This document shows, one piece after another, positions 37,885 to 47,109 of a DNA stretch of 55,247 nt. Numbering within the stretch: position 1 is the stretch's first letter; each line of letters opens with the position of its first letter. The stretch spans positions 1 through 55,247 of the forward strand of contig UQQY01000001.1 of the NCBI GenBank assembly GCA_900543295.1. The letters run 5' to 3'. Below the pieces are notes generated by a model, which had not been told where the DNA came from, ran no database searches, and worked only from the letters and a program-made list of their open reading frames with translations. A program made the position numbers and the translations under genes. This DNA is from an uncultured Oscillospiraceae bacterium (lineage in GTDB: Bacteria; Bacillota; Clostridia; Oscillospirales; Ruminococcaceae).

Positions 37885-39687
37885 ATGAGCAAGCAAAAGC
37901 CCGAGAAAAAATCCGGTTCCTTTGGCAGCAGCCTTTTCGGCCGTCTCTTCGGCCGGAAGCGCGAGCTTTCCATTTTTGAAGAAGAGCAGATCCAAAGCCC
38001 GTTCCGCACGATTGTGCGCAATTTCCGTTCCAATAAGATTGCAATGTTCGGTACGATTGTATTTCTTGTGATCTTTCTTTCCTGCTTTATTCTCCCGATT
38101 TTCTTTCCGCTGGACGTAACTTATACGGATTCCTCTCAGCAGAATATCGCGCTGGGTTACTCCATGCTGTCTGTGCCAAACGAGCTGAAAAACGGAAATG
38201 CCGTAGACATTGCCGGCGGCGGTACGTTTGGCATCGGCACCGACAAGGACGGCAAGGTTTATCTTTGGGGACAGATGGATGACAAATTGAAAAACGTTCC
38301 GAAAAAGATGGACAAGATCGTAAAGGTTTCTGCCGGCTTAAATCATGTGCTGGCGCTGAGTGAATACGGCGAGGTATACACATGGGGCTACAACCGTCTG
38401 CGTCTGGATAAGGTTCCGCTGGAAATGGAGGACGTCACCAATATTAAGGATATTGTTGCAGGCTATCAGATTTCGTTCGCTTTGACAGAGGACGGCTATC
38501 TCTATTACTGGGGCAATGAAAACCTGATCGACATCAATCCGGAGCAATACCAGGGCCGCATCCAGAAGATCGCACCAAACGGCACAACGGCGTTGGCGCT
38601 TCTCGACGACGGAACGGTTGCCTGTCTCGCGACAAAGGATAACGTATTCCAGCGTATTCCCGAGGAAATTCAGGGAAAAGTCGTCGATATTGCCGCAACC
38701 GATAAGGCAGTTGCTGCTTTGACAGAGGACGGTCGGGTTTATACATGGGGTTCTTCCGACTACGGCTCTTTTGACGTGCCGGAGGAGCTGCAAGGCCAGT
38801 GCACAACGCTTTCAGCCGGCCGGTATCATTTTACCGCAATCGGAGAAGATAAGAAGGTTTATGCGTGGGGCCGCAACAATTTCGGCCAGACGGATATTTC
38901 GGCGGAGAATGTAGTTTCGATTTCAAACGGCTATTTTCAGAGCTATGCGATTACTGAGGACGGAACAGTTGTAATGGCTGGTCTTAAGGGCTATCTGATG
39001 GGAACGGACGGCTTTGGCCGTGATGTGTTCACCCGTTTGATTTCCGGCGGCCGTATGACGATGACCATCGGTGCTATCGCAGTTATTATTTCTGTTATCA
39101 TCGGCGTTATTATCGGCGGACTTTCCGGTTATTACGGCGGAAAGGTTGACAATGTTCTGATGCGTTTTGCTGAAATTGTCGCCTCTATCCCGTTTTTGCC
39201 CTTTGCCATGATTTTGTCGGCTATTGTTGGAAACAGCCTCTCGGAAATTCAGCGTATTGCCGTTATTATGGTAATTTTAGGCGTCCTTTCGTGGCCAGGC
39301 CTTGCACGCCTTGTTCGCGCGCAGATATTGGCCGAGCGTGAAAAAGAGTTCGTCACGGCGGCGAAGGCGATGGGTATCAAAGAGCTGGCCATCATTTTTA
39401 AGCACATTCTTCCGAATGTCATTACGGTTGTTATCGTTGATACGACGCTGGAATTCGCCGCATGTATGCTGACGGAATCTTCGCTCTCCTTCTTAGGCTT
39501 CGGCGTAATTGAGCCGACTCCGACGTGGGGCAATATGTTAAACGGCTCGCAGGCATCCACCGTTATTCAGAACTACTGGTGGCGCTGGGTCTTCCCGTCG
39601 CTTGCACTCAGCTTGTCTACAATCAGCATCAATCTGATTGGTGACGGTCTGCGCGATGCGATCGACCCAAGATCGAACGACAGATAG
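37885..39687 (+). CDS. oppC: Oligopeptide ABC permease with inserted RCC1-like repeat domain
   Basis: OppC N-terminus, LMGTDGFGRD, EFVTAAKAMG, KHILPN, GDGLRDA; internal repeats such as VSAGLNHVLAL..GEVYTWG. Confidence 0.88.
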   Translation: MSKQKPEKKSGSFGSSLFGRLFGRKRELSIFEEEQIQSPFRTIVRNFRSNKIAMFGTIVFLVIFLSCFILPIFFPLDVTYTDSSQQNIALGYSMLSVPNELKNGNAVDIAGGGTFGIGTDKDGKVYLWGQMDDKLKNVPKKMDKIVKVSAGLNHVLALSEYGEVYTWGYNRLRLDKVPLEMEDVTNIKDIVAGYQISFALTEDGYLYYWGNENLIDINPEQYQGRIQKIAPNGTTALALLDDGTVACLATKDNVFQRIPEEIQGKVVDIAATDKAVAALTEDGRVYTWGSSDYGSFDVPEELQGQCTTLSAGRYHFTAIGEDKKVYAWGRNNFGQTDISAENVVSISNGYFQSYAITEDGTVVMAGLKGYLMGTDGFGRDVFTRLISGGRMTMTIGAIAVIISVIIGVIIGGLSGYYGGKVDNVLMRFAEIVASIPFLPFAMILSAIVGNSLSEIQRIAVIMVILGVLSWPGLARLVRAQILAEREKEFVTAAKAMGIKELAIIFKHILPNVITVVIVDTTLEFAACMLTESSLSFLGFGVIEPTPTWGNMLNGSQASTVIQNYWWRWVFPSLALSLSTISINLIGDGLRDAIDPRSNDR

Positions 39688-39699
39688 GAGGAATGAGTT

Positions 39700-40689
39700 A
39701 TGGCATTGTTAGAGCTGCATGACCTGCATACGTATTTTAAAACGAAGCGCGGCATTGTCAAGGCGGTAAACGGCGTCTCCTATCAGGTTGAAGCAGGCAA
39801 AACGCTTGGCGTTGTCGGTGAATCGGGCTCTGGTAAGAGCGTGTCCGCCATGAGTATTTTAAAACTGTTGGATGGCAACGGCTATATTGCGGGCGGCGAC
39901 ATCATTTTCAAAGGGCAGAATTTGAAGGACTGCTCAATGGATGAGATGTATAAGATCCGCGGCAATGAAATTTCGGTTATCTTTCAGGAGCCGATGACCA
40001 GCTTAAACCCTGTTTTTACGATTGAAAAACAGATTGCAGAGTCCTATATTGTGCATCAGCACATGAGCAAGAAAGAAGCGAAGGCAAAAGCGGTTGAAAT
40101 GCTGGCTGCGGTTAAAATTCCGAATCCGGAGGCGGTTGCAAAGCAGTATCCGCATCAGCTTTCCGGCGGTATGCGTCAGCGCGTAATGATCGCAATGGCG
40201 CTGGCCTGCGAACCGAGCCTTCTGATCGCGGACGAACCGACCACCGCGCTTGACGTTACGATTCAGGCACAGATTCTGCATTTGATGAATGAGCTGAAGC
40301 GTGAAAAAGGGACGTCTATTCTGTTTATTACGCATGATCTTGGCGTAATCAATGAAATGGCCGACGATGTAGCCGTTATGTACTGCGGTCAGGTTGTCGA
40401 AATGGCGACGGTTGATACGATTTTCGGTAAAAACAGTTATTCTCATCCTTATACTGAGGGACTTATGACGTCGATTCCGCGTCTGGATACGCCGGCAGGC
40501 ACCCGTCTGGAGGCAATTCCGGGTGCTGTACCGCATCCGCTGGATCTTCCGAAGGGCTGCAAGTTTGCGCCGCGCTGTAAATACTGCACAGAGCGCTGCC
40601 GCGAAGAAGAGCCAGAGCTTGTGGAGATAGAAGAAAATCATCAGATCAGATGCTTCTATCCGGATAAGGAGGCGCGTCATGCAGAATAA
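39700..40689 (+). CDS. oppD: Oligopeptide ABC ATPase
   Basis: [25 protein letters not shown]-terminal Cys-containing oligo_HPY region. Confidence 0.92.
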   Translation: MALLELHDLHTYFKTKRGIVKAVNGVSYQVEAGKTLGVVGESGSGKSVSAMSILKLLDGNGYIAGGDIIFKGQNLKDCSMDEMYKIRGNEISVIFQEPMTSLNPVFTIEKQIAESYIVHQHMSKKEAKAKAVEMLAAVKIPNPEAVAKQYPHQLSGGMRQRVMIAMALACEPSLLIADEPTTALDVTIQAQILHLMNELKREKGTSILFITHDLGVINEMADDVAVMYCGQVVEMATVDTIFGKNSYSHPYTEGLMTSIPRLDTPAGTRLEAIPGAVPHPLDLPKGCKFAPRCKYCTERCREEEPELVEIEENHQIRCFYPDKEARHAE

Positions 40690-42238
40690 GAAAGTTTTGC
40701 TTCAGATTTCAAATTTGAAGCAGTGGTTTCCGGTTAAAAAAGAGAAAATTCGTCAGGAACAGCTTTACGTCAAGGCGAACGACGGGATTTCCGTTGATAT
40801 TTATGAAGGCGAGACGCTTGGTCTTGTCGGCGAGTCCGGCTGTGGCAAGTCCACCTTTGGCCGCGTTTTGCTTCAGCTTTACCATCAGACGGAAGGCAAG
40901 ACCATGTATTTCGGCCGCACGCTCGACGATGTTGTGCCGCAATATGTAAAGGAGACATATCAGAAGCTGCCGCAGCACCGCGATAAGATGCTTGCACTGC
41001 AAAAGAAAAAGGAAGAATATCTCGCCTCATATGAGAAGCTTTCCGAGGAGGAGAAACGCCACAAGGCTGACGAACGTGCAAAAGTTGTGAGAGAAGCAAA
41101 CGACAGCATGCTGGATCTTGCGCATTTGATCGGCGGTTTTGTTGTAGCAAAGGATCTTGCTCCAGTTTCTCAGATCCTGATGAAGGAGTTTAATGCGGCT
41201 TCCGAGCGCCGTCGTATCCGCGAGGAAAAAAAGAATTTGGAAATCCGTCAGAATTATTATAACGGAAAAGCGGAAAAATACGAAAAGGACGGAAAGAGCG
41301 CCGCTCCTGTAAAAGCAAAAGCAGCCGAGCTTCAGAAAAAGATCGATGAAAAAGCGGCGGAGCTTGCTAAGAAGGAAGAGGAACTGGATACCATCCGTGA
41401 GCAGATTGATGAAATGCGCAAGCAGTATGCAGACGATCCGGATTTTGCAAAATATGAAGCGCTTCGCAGCGCAGGTATTGATCTTGCGAAGCTGAAATAT
41501 CCGGAAATGCGTGTTCTCCGCAGCGATATGCAGCTCATTTTCCAGGATCCCTACTCTTCGCTGAATCCGCGCATGACAGTCGGCCAAATTATCGGCGAGG
41601 GTCCGCAGGCGCACGGCTTTTTCACGAAAAACGACGAGCGGATTCAGGACTATGTTATGAAGGTCATGGACGACTGCGGATTAGCGCCTTATATGATTCA
41701 CCGCTATCCGCACCAGTTCTCCGGCGGCCAGCGCCAGCGCATCGGCATCGCGCGTTCGCTTGCAATGAAGCCGAAGTTTGTGGTCTGTGACGAAGCGGTT
41801 TCTGCGCTTGACGTTTCAATCCAGTCGCAGGTTATCAATCTTTTGCAGGATCTTAAGGAAAAAGAGAATTTGACATACCTCTTCATTTCGCATGACTTGA
41901 GCGTTGTCAAATATATCAGCGACCGTATCGGCGTTATGTACCTTGGCAATCTGGTAGAGCTTGCCGAGTCGCAGGAGATATTCGACCATCCGCTGCATCC
42001 GTATACGGAGGCTTTGCTGCTCGCTATTCCGACGACTGACGTCGAGAACCGGAAAGAGAGCATTCCGCTGGAGGGTGATATTCCAAGTCCGATCCGTCCG
42101 CCGAAGGGCTGCAAATTCCATACGCGCTGCAAATATTGTACGGAAGAGTGCAAAATCGTGACGCCGGAGTTCCGTGAGCTTCGTCCAGGTCATTTCGTTG
42201 CATGCCATCATCCGCTCGATCACAGCGTTGTTGAATAA
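40679..42238 (+). CDS. oppF: Oligopeptide ABC ATPase with long coiled-coil insertion
   Basis: [45 protein letters not shown]-rich insert of about 190 aa. Confidence 0.9.
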   Translation: MQNKKVLLQISNLKQWFPVKKEKIRQEQLYVKANDGISVDIYEGETLGLVGESGCGKSTFGRVLLQLYHQTEGKTMYFGRTLDDVVPQYVKETYQKLPQHRDKMLALQKKKEEYLASYEKLSEEEKRHKADERAKVVREANDSMLDLAHLIGGFVVAKDLAPVSQILMKEFNAASERRRIREEKKNLEIRQNYYNGKAEKYEKDGKSAAPVKAKAAELQKKIDEKAAELAKKEEELDTIREQIDEMRKQYADDPDFAKYEALRSAGIDLAKLKYPEMRVLRSDMQLIFQDPYSSLNPRMTVGQIIGEGPQAHGFFTKNDERIQDYVMKVMDDCGLAPYMIHRYPHQFSGGQRQRIGIARSLAMKPKFVVCDEAVSALDVSIQSQVINLLQDLKEKENLTYLFISHDLSVVKYISDRIGVMYLGNLVELAESQEIFDHPLHPYTEALLLAIPTTDVENRKESIPLEGDIPSPIRPPKGCKFHTRCKYCTEECKIVTPEFRELRPGHFVACHHPLDHSVVE

Positions 42239-42263
42239 GCAGCCGATTCCTCAGGAGGAGCGT

Positions 42264-42464
42264 ATGCTGTTTCAAAAAAAGGTTGACCGGGTGGTCAATG
42301 AAAAGAAAAGCGCCGACCAGTTTAAAGAAACGCTGTCCAAAACACCGCTCGAAAAAAAGGATCTGCCTGCGATGATTATTGCGGCATTGCTGGTTCTTTT
42401 ACCTGCGGTTTTGGTGGTGGGCGGCCTGTTTATGCTGATCAGCTATTTCTTCTTTGTGCATTAA
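42264..42464 (+). CDS. Small membrane protein at the end of the opp operon
   Basis: AGGAGGAG RBS, ATG at 42264, 66 aa with hydrophobic C-terminus; lies before the operon terminator. Confidence 0.7.
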   Translation: MLFQKKVDRVVNEKKSADQFKETLSKTPLEKKDLPAMIIAALLVLLPAVLVVGGLFMLISYFFFVH

Positions 42465-42469
42465 GAATG

Positions 42470-42505
42470 ATAAGGGCACTGTCGTGTGGACAGTGCCCTT
42501 ATTTT
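42470..42505 (+). terminator. Terminator of the opp operon
   Basis: ATAAGGGCACTGTC-loop-GACAGTGCCCTTATTTT. Confidence 0.8.
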
Positions 42506-42567
42506 ATATAGAAATCTTCAAAAGCAAAACCTATTGTATTAAATATTTATAAATATATAAAAGAATA

Positions 42568-42596
42568 TTGACAAACGAAGAGGATTGAACTAAAAT
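42568..42596 (+). promoter_or_regulatory. Sigma-A promoter for the secreted protein/lipoprotein pair
   Basis: TTGACA-17 nt-TAAAAT. Confidence 0.7.
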
Positions 42597-42670
42597 AAAG
42601 CCAGAGGATATATTTTCCTAAAGTTTGTTTCAAAGGGGACAATAGAAATAAAAAAAGAATCTGTTTTATA

Positions 42671-43360
42671 TTGAGTTTTATCCTTGCGATAAGCTGTATG
42701 TCAAATGGAGGATACGCAAAGGCGGAAGCTCCTGCTTTAGCAAAAGAATACAGCGTGTTATTTTCTTCTGCAATCAATACGAATACTGCATATATTAAGG
42801 ATACTGCTGAACGGCAGAACGCAAAAAAGATAACAGAGGATTTCATTGAATATGAGGCGGTGCAGCTTCTGGAGGTGAGAGAATATTCAGATGGTATGAC
42901 AGAGAAAGATTATGCTATCACGAAACTTGCCGAGCCGAGGGATAGCGGGACTTCTACATCCCATGGGAAATCATGGGGAAGTCATTCGCTGAATCTGACC
43001 ATGTACTATACAGTACGGGGGACAACGCGAAATTATACCTATAATTTGACTAAGATACAGTCAACTGTTACTAAAACAGGAATCTCGGGAACGACGGTAA
43101 CGTCGGGATCTCATGCATATCGCCTCAACAAAAGTACATTTAAGAGAGAAGCGTTTTATTTTAATAACTCTGCTCCGACCGGCGGGCAGGTATTCACGTT
43201 AGCAACAGGAAGCACCAGCTTTTATCCGAGTTATTCGGATACTCTGACAGCGTCGACATCTGGCATTTACGCAGATTCAGGCATTAAGCTATCAGACGGC
43301 AATTTTATCACGATCAATCTGGTACCCTATGAAGAGGCGGATGACGGCATAGCTTCATAA
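42671..43360 (+). CDS. Hypothetical secreted, Ser/Thr- and beta-strand-rich protein; true start codon appears damaged (about 42648)
   Basis: In-frame KKRICFILSFILAISCM..AKA signal peptide begins upstream of the TTG; AT-richer than neighbouring genes. Confidence 0.65.
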   Translation: MSFILAISCMSNGGYAKAEAPALAKEYSVLFSSAINTNTAYIKDTAERQNAKKITEDFIEYEAVQLLEVREYSDGMTEKDYAITKLAEPRDSGTSTSHGKSWGSHSLNLTMYYTVRGTTRNYTYNLTKIQSTVTKTGISGTTVTSGSHAYRLNKSTFKREAFYFNNSAPTGGQVFTLATGSTSFYPSYSDTLTASTSGIYADSGIKLSDGNFITINLVPYEEADDGIAS

Positions 43361-43377
43361 TACGGGAGGCGAACGAA

Positions 43378-44148
43378 ATGAAAAAGCTTTATACCTTAAC
43401 GGCTCTGTTTCTGGCGGTCTGCCTTTTGGCTTCGTGTTCCCCAGTGAAAAATGTCCGGACGACTTACGGCGAAATGAATTTTCTGGGCTTGGAATGGATG
43501 ATGACGCCGGAGGAGGTCTTTCGGGCGATCGGGAAAAATGAATCGGATTTTCAAAAAGGAGAAAACGGCGCGCTGGGCGATATATGGTATGAGGTGTATT
43601 ATACGGCGGACGGCCTGCTCTTTGGAAAGCTGGCGAAGGTTCAGTTTGTCTTTTGCCCTTCCGCCGACCGGAAGGAGCTGCGGCTTTGGGCGGCTTCCGT
43701 CACGATGCAGGAAGCGTCGGAGGATGCGTTCCGCTATGTATGCGGCGAGCTGGACAACGAATGGAAAAGGCAGGGGGTAACTGCAACAACGGAGTCAAGA
43801 TTAAAGCGCATTTCGTCCACGGGCTCCGGCAGTGAAATCTTTGAGGATATTCGTTCGGACGCTGACCCATATGAAAGCGCAGACGCCGTCGGCTTTGAAG
43901 AATCGTATTCTTCCGTCAGCACAGTTGAAACGACAGATCTGCCGGAGGAGCTTTTAGAGAAGTATAGGGCGGGAGCAGAAAGCTTTTACAGAGAGCATGA
44001 AACGGAGACGGAAATTCAGGATGTGCCGACTGCGCAGCTTTCAACTGTCCGCGCCGTTTATACGGAGCGGAAAAACTCCGGCGAGAGCACGCTGAACATT
44101 TATTTCAGCGGCAACGGGCTGTGCAATATTCTGACTTATGCGGAATAG
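43378..44148 (+). CDS. Hypothetical lipoprotein
   Basis: MKKLYTLTALFLAVCLLASC lipobox; GGGAGG RBS; acidic composition. Confidence 0.75.
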   Translation: MKKLYTLTALFLAVCLLASCSPVKNVRTTYGEMNFLGLEWMMTPEEVFRAIGKNESDFQKGENGALGDIWYEVYYTADGLLFGKLAKVQFVFCPSADRKELRLWAASVTMQEASEDAFRYVCGELDNEWKRQGVTATTESRLKRISSTGSGSEIFEDIRSDADPYESADAVGFEESYSSVSTVETTDLPEELLEKYRAGAESFYREHETETEIQDVPTAQLSTVRAVYTERKNSGESTLNIYFSGNGLCNILTYAE

Positions 44149-44158
44149 ATTGTGGTAA

Positions 44159-44198
44159 GATAAAAAGCGCGCTCTGCTATACAGAGCGCGCTTTATCT
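44159..44198. terminator. Bidirectional terminator
   Basis: AAAGCGCGCTCTG-CTATA-CAGAGCGCGCTTT between convergent genes. Confidence 0.8.
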
Positions 44199-44209
44199 GT
44201 TTGCGGAGC

Positions 44210-46018
44210 TTATTCGTCCAGCTTCAGCACCGCCATAAAGGCCTCCTGCGGCACCTCTACGCTGCCAAGGGAGCGCATCCGCTTCTTGCCCTCTTTCTGC
44301 TTTTCCAAAAGCTTTTTCTTTCGTGTAATATCACCGCCGTAGCATTTTGCCAGAACGTCCTTGCGCAGCGCCTTGACTGTCTCGCGCGCAATGATCTTGC
44401 CGCCGATCGCGGCCTGAATCGGCACCTCAAAGAGCTGGCGCGGAATGTTCTCTTTAAGCTTTTCCGCAATCCGCCTGGCACGCGGGTACGCCTTGTCAGC
44501 ATGCACAATGAAGGAAAGCGCATCCACCACTTCGCCGTTTAAAAGAATATCGAGCTTGACAAGCTTTGAGGCCACAAAGCCCGTAAGCTCGTAGTCGAAG
44601 GAAGCATAACCCCTTGTCCGGGATTTTAACGCGTCAAAGAAATCATATACAATCTCATTCAGCGGCAGGTCATAGTGCATTTCCACGCGAGTGGTATCCA
44701 GATACTTCATATCCTTAAAAATGCCACGCCGGTCCTGACACAGCTCCATGATATTGCCGACGAATTCATTCGGCGTGAGAATATTCGCTTTGACAAACGG
44801 TTCCTCTGCTTCTGCGATTAAAACGGCGTCCGGATAGTTTGTCGGATTATCGATCATAATCGTCTCGCCGCTCGTAAGCGTTAAACGGTATACGACGGAG
44901 GGGGCGGTAGTGATGAGATCCAAATGGAATTCACGTTCCAGGCGCTCCTGAATGATTTCCATATGCAAAAGCCCCAAAAAGCCGCAGCGGAAACCAAATC
45001 CAAGCGCAACGGAAGTTTCCAGCTCAAAGGTAAGAGACGCATCGTTTAATTGCAGCTTAATCAGCGCGTCGCGCAAATCGGGATACTTTGCGCCGTCTGC
45101 CGGATAAATGCCGGAGAATACCATCGGATTAACCTTTTTGTAACCCGGAAGTGGATCTTTCGCAGGACGTGCGGCGCAGGTAACGGTGTCGCCGACACGG
45201 GTATCGCCGATGTCCTTAATGCTTGCCGCGATATACCCGACCTCGCCGGCAGACAAAACGTCACGCGGCTGTGCGGCTTTGGCGCCCATATAGCCAAGCT
45301 CTGTTACCGTATATTCCGAGCCGGAAGCCATCATCCGGATGACGTCGCCGGTTTTTACAGCGCCGTCCATTACGCGGATATAGACGACAACGCCCTTATA
45401 GCTGTCGTAATAAGAATCGAAAATCAGAGCCTTAAAGGGAGCCGCTTCGTCCCCGGAAGGGGCGGGAATCTGCTGCACCACCGCTTCAAGCACAGCCTTG
45501 ATGTTCACACCCGTTTTTGCAGAGATGCGCGGCGCGTCCATAGCAGGGATGCCGATGACGTCCTCAATCTCATGGCAGACAGCCTCCGGATCGGCGGCAG
45601 GAAGGTCGATCTTGTTGACAACCGGCACGACCTCCAAATCATGATCGATTGCAAGATAAGTATTCGCAAGCGTCTGCGCTTCAACCCCCTGAGAGGCGTC
45701 TACGACAAGGATCGCGCCCTCGCATGCGGCAAGCGAACGGGAAACCTCATAGTTAAAATCCACGTGGCCGGGGGTGTCGATCAAATTCAGCTGATACAGC
45801 TCTCCGTCGTCGGCATGATACCAGATGGTGACGGCCCGCGCCTTGATTGTTATGCCGCGTTCGCGCTCAATATCCATATTGTCGAGAAGCTGTTCTTCCA
45901 TTTCACGGCCTGCAACGGCGCTTGTCAGTTCAAGCATACGATCGGCAAGCGTGCTTTTTCCGTGGTCGATATGTGCGATAATGCTGAAATTGCGAATATT
46001 TTTCTGTTTATCCTGCAA
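44210..46018 (-). CDS. lepA: Translation elongation factor 4
   Basis: [49 protein letters not shown]; probable TTG start at 46018 with GAGGTG RBS. Confidence 0.97.
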   Translation of the reverse strand: MQDKQKNIRNFSIIAHIDHGKSTLADRMLELTSAVAGREMEEQLLDNMDIERERGITIKARAVTIWYHADDGELYQLNLIDTPGHVDFNYEVSRSLAACEGAILVVDASQGVEAQTLANTYLAIDHDLEVVPVVNKIDLPAADPEAVCHEIEDVIGIPAMDAPRISAKTGVNIKAVLEAVVQQIPAPSGDEAAPFKALIFDSYYDSYKGVVVYIRVMDGAVKTGDVIRMMASGSEYTVTELGYMGAKAAQPRDVLSAGEVGYIAASIKDIGDTRVGDTVTCAARPAKDPLPGYKKVNPMVFSGIYPADGAKYPDLRDALIKLQLNDASLTFELETSVALGFGFRCGFLGLLHMEIIQERLEREFHLDLITTAPSVVYRLTLTSGETIMIDNPTNYPDAVLIAEAEEPFVKANILTPNEFVGNIMELCQDRRGIFKDMKYLDTTRVEMHYDLPLNEIVYDFFDALKSRTRGYASFDYELTGFVASKLVKLDILLNGEVVDALSFIVHADKAYPRARRIAEKLKENIPRQLFEVPIQAAIGGKIIARETVKALRKDVLAKCYGGDITRKKKLLEKQKEGKKRMRSLGSVEVPQEAFMAVLKLDE

Positions 46019-46169
46019 AAGATTCACCTCTTTGTGTTTTTTAAGCGCGGTATAGCATATCCGTTTTTCTTTCGGATACAATGAAAGACGTCAGACAGCC
46101 GGCACGAAGAGAAAGAAGTCGCTTTCATAAATTCCTTCTGAATCAAAAATTTTTTATATTTGATGCGGG

Positions 46170-46333
46170 AACGTTTCGTTCGCCTTCGGCTCCGATTCGC
46201 TAAGAGTTCATATTATGCCGTCAATACTAAACTCCCCGTTCGCTTTCGCTCCAGCTCGTTAAGAATTGAGGTATTTATTATCACTAAACTCGTCGTTCGC
46301 CTTTGGCTCCGACTCGTTAAGTGTTCATATTAT
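46170..46333. repeat. Three imperfect tandem repeats (period about 57-60 nt), each a hairpin
   Basis: Core CGTTCGC...GCTCC...TCGYTAAG at 46177, 46237 and 46294; ACTAAACT at 46226 and 46283; GTTCATATTAT follows copies 1 and 3. Confidence 0.85.
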
Positions 46334-46357
46334 ATCACAGGTTTTAAAAAGCCGCAA
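46329..46357 (-). promoter_or_regulatory. Putative lepA promoter
   Basis: Minus strand TTGCGG-17 nt-TATAAT with TGn extension. Confidence 0.55.
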
Positions 46358-46408
46358 TGTTTACACGCAGGCGAAATCGAAAAACAGAGAATTTTTTGAA
46401 AAAAGATG

Positions 46409-46437
46409 TTGACAAGCATAGCTCCCTTTGCTATAAT
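46409..46437 (+). promoter_or_regulatory. Consensus sigma-A promoter for tRNA-Lys
   Basis: TTGACA-17 nt-TATAAT with TGn extension. Confidence 0.85.
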
Positions 46438-46496
46438 AATTAAGCGCTCGAAAGACGATGCGTTATATTCGGATTTCGAGTTTTTCATATATGCAT

Positions 46497-46572
46497 GATC
46501 CACTAGCTCAGCTGGCAGAGCATTTGACTTTTAATCAAAGGGTCCGGAGTTCGAATCTCCGGTGGATCACCA
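46497..46572 (+). tRNA. tRNA-Lys (anticodon TTT)
   Basis: Acceptor stem GATCCAC/GTGGATC, D arm TAGCTCAGCTGGCAGAGC, anticodon arm TTTGA-CTTTTAA-TCAAA, T loop GTTCGAATC, encoded CCA. Confidence 0.97.
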
Positions 46573-46607
46573 AAAGGCCCCGAATGCGAACACGTTCGGG
46601 GCCTTTT
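46573..46607 (+). terminator. Terminator after tRNA-Lys
   Basis: AAAGGCCCCGAA-loop-TTCGGGGCCTTTT. Confidence 0.8.
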
Positions 46608-46685
46608 AATTAGTCTTCTGCCTTATTCGCAATTTGCGAAAAGCAGATTTGGAAGCTGGCTGTAACAATATATTTTGATAAAGCG

Positions 46686-46715
46686 AAATCGGGAAGCGGC
46701 CGCTTCCCGATTTTT
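46686..46715 (-). terminator. Terminator hairpin downstream of the IreB-family gene
   Basis: AAATCGGGAAGCG-GC-CGCTTCCCGATTT inverted repeat. Confidence 0.65.
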
Positions 46716-46726
46716 CTTACCTGTTT

Positions 46727-46972
46727 TTATTCGCTTAAATATGCTTTAACCATTGCCTGTAAAAGCTCGTCGCGATCCACATGGCGGATCAGACTGCGCG
46801 CATTGTTGTAGGTGGTGATATATGCCGGATCCTCAGACAGAATGTAACCAACGATCTGGCTGACCGGATTGTATCCTTTGTGACTCAGCGCATCATAAAC
46901 GGTGGTAAGAATCCGCTTCATCTCCAAGTCTTTTTCATCATTGACGGAAAAAGTCATGGTTTTATCATACAT
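46727..46972 (-). CDS. IreB/ReoM-family (UPF0297/DUF965) regulatory phosphoprotein
   Basis: DKTMTF, KGYNPVSQIVGYILSEDPAYIT..NNARSLI..DRDELL. Confidence 0.92.
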   Translation of the reverse strand: MYDKTMTFSVNDEKDLEMKRILTTVYDALSHKGYNPVSQIVGYILSEDPAYITTYNNARSLIRHVDRDELLQAMVKAYLSE

Positions 46973-47109
46973 AACTGATACCTCCCGATCAAATATTGTA
47001 TGATCTTAGTATACAACATTATAAAGAAAGAAACAACCTTTTCTTTTGCTTTGATTCGTGAATTTTTTATTGCGGTACCGGACGGAAAACGGCGTGAGAG
47101 ACATATTTT

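Noticed and set aside
46170..46333. Mini CRISPR array
   Set aside because: Units are about 40-45 nt and degenerate, intervening segments are only about 15 nt and partly repeated, and there are no cas genes in the window
46160..46399. 79-aa ORF across the repeat array
   Set aside because: Its sequence merely reflects the repeats, it has no RBS, and it overlaps the predicted minus-strand promoter
46497..46720. Integrative element at tRNA-Lys
   Set aside because: No integrase, no duplicated tRNA 3' end seen, and core genes on both sides
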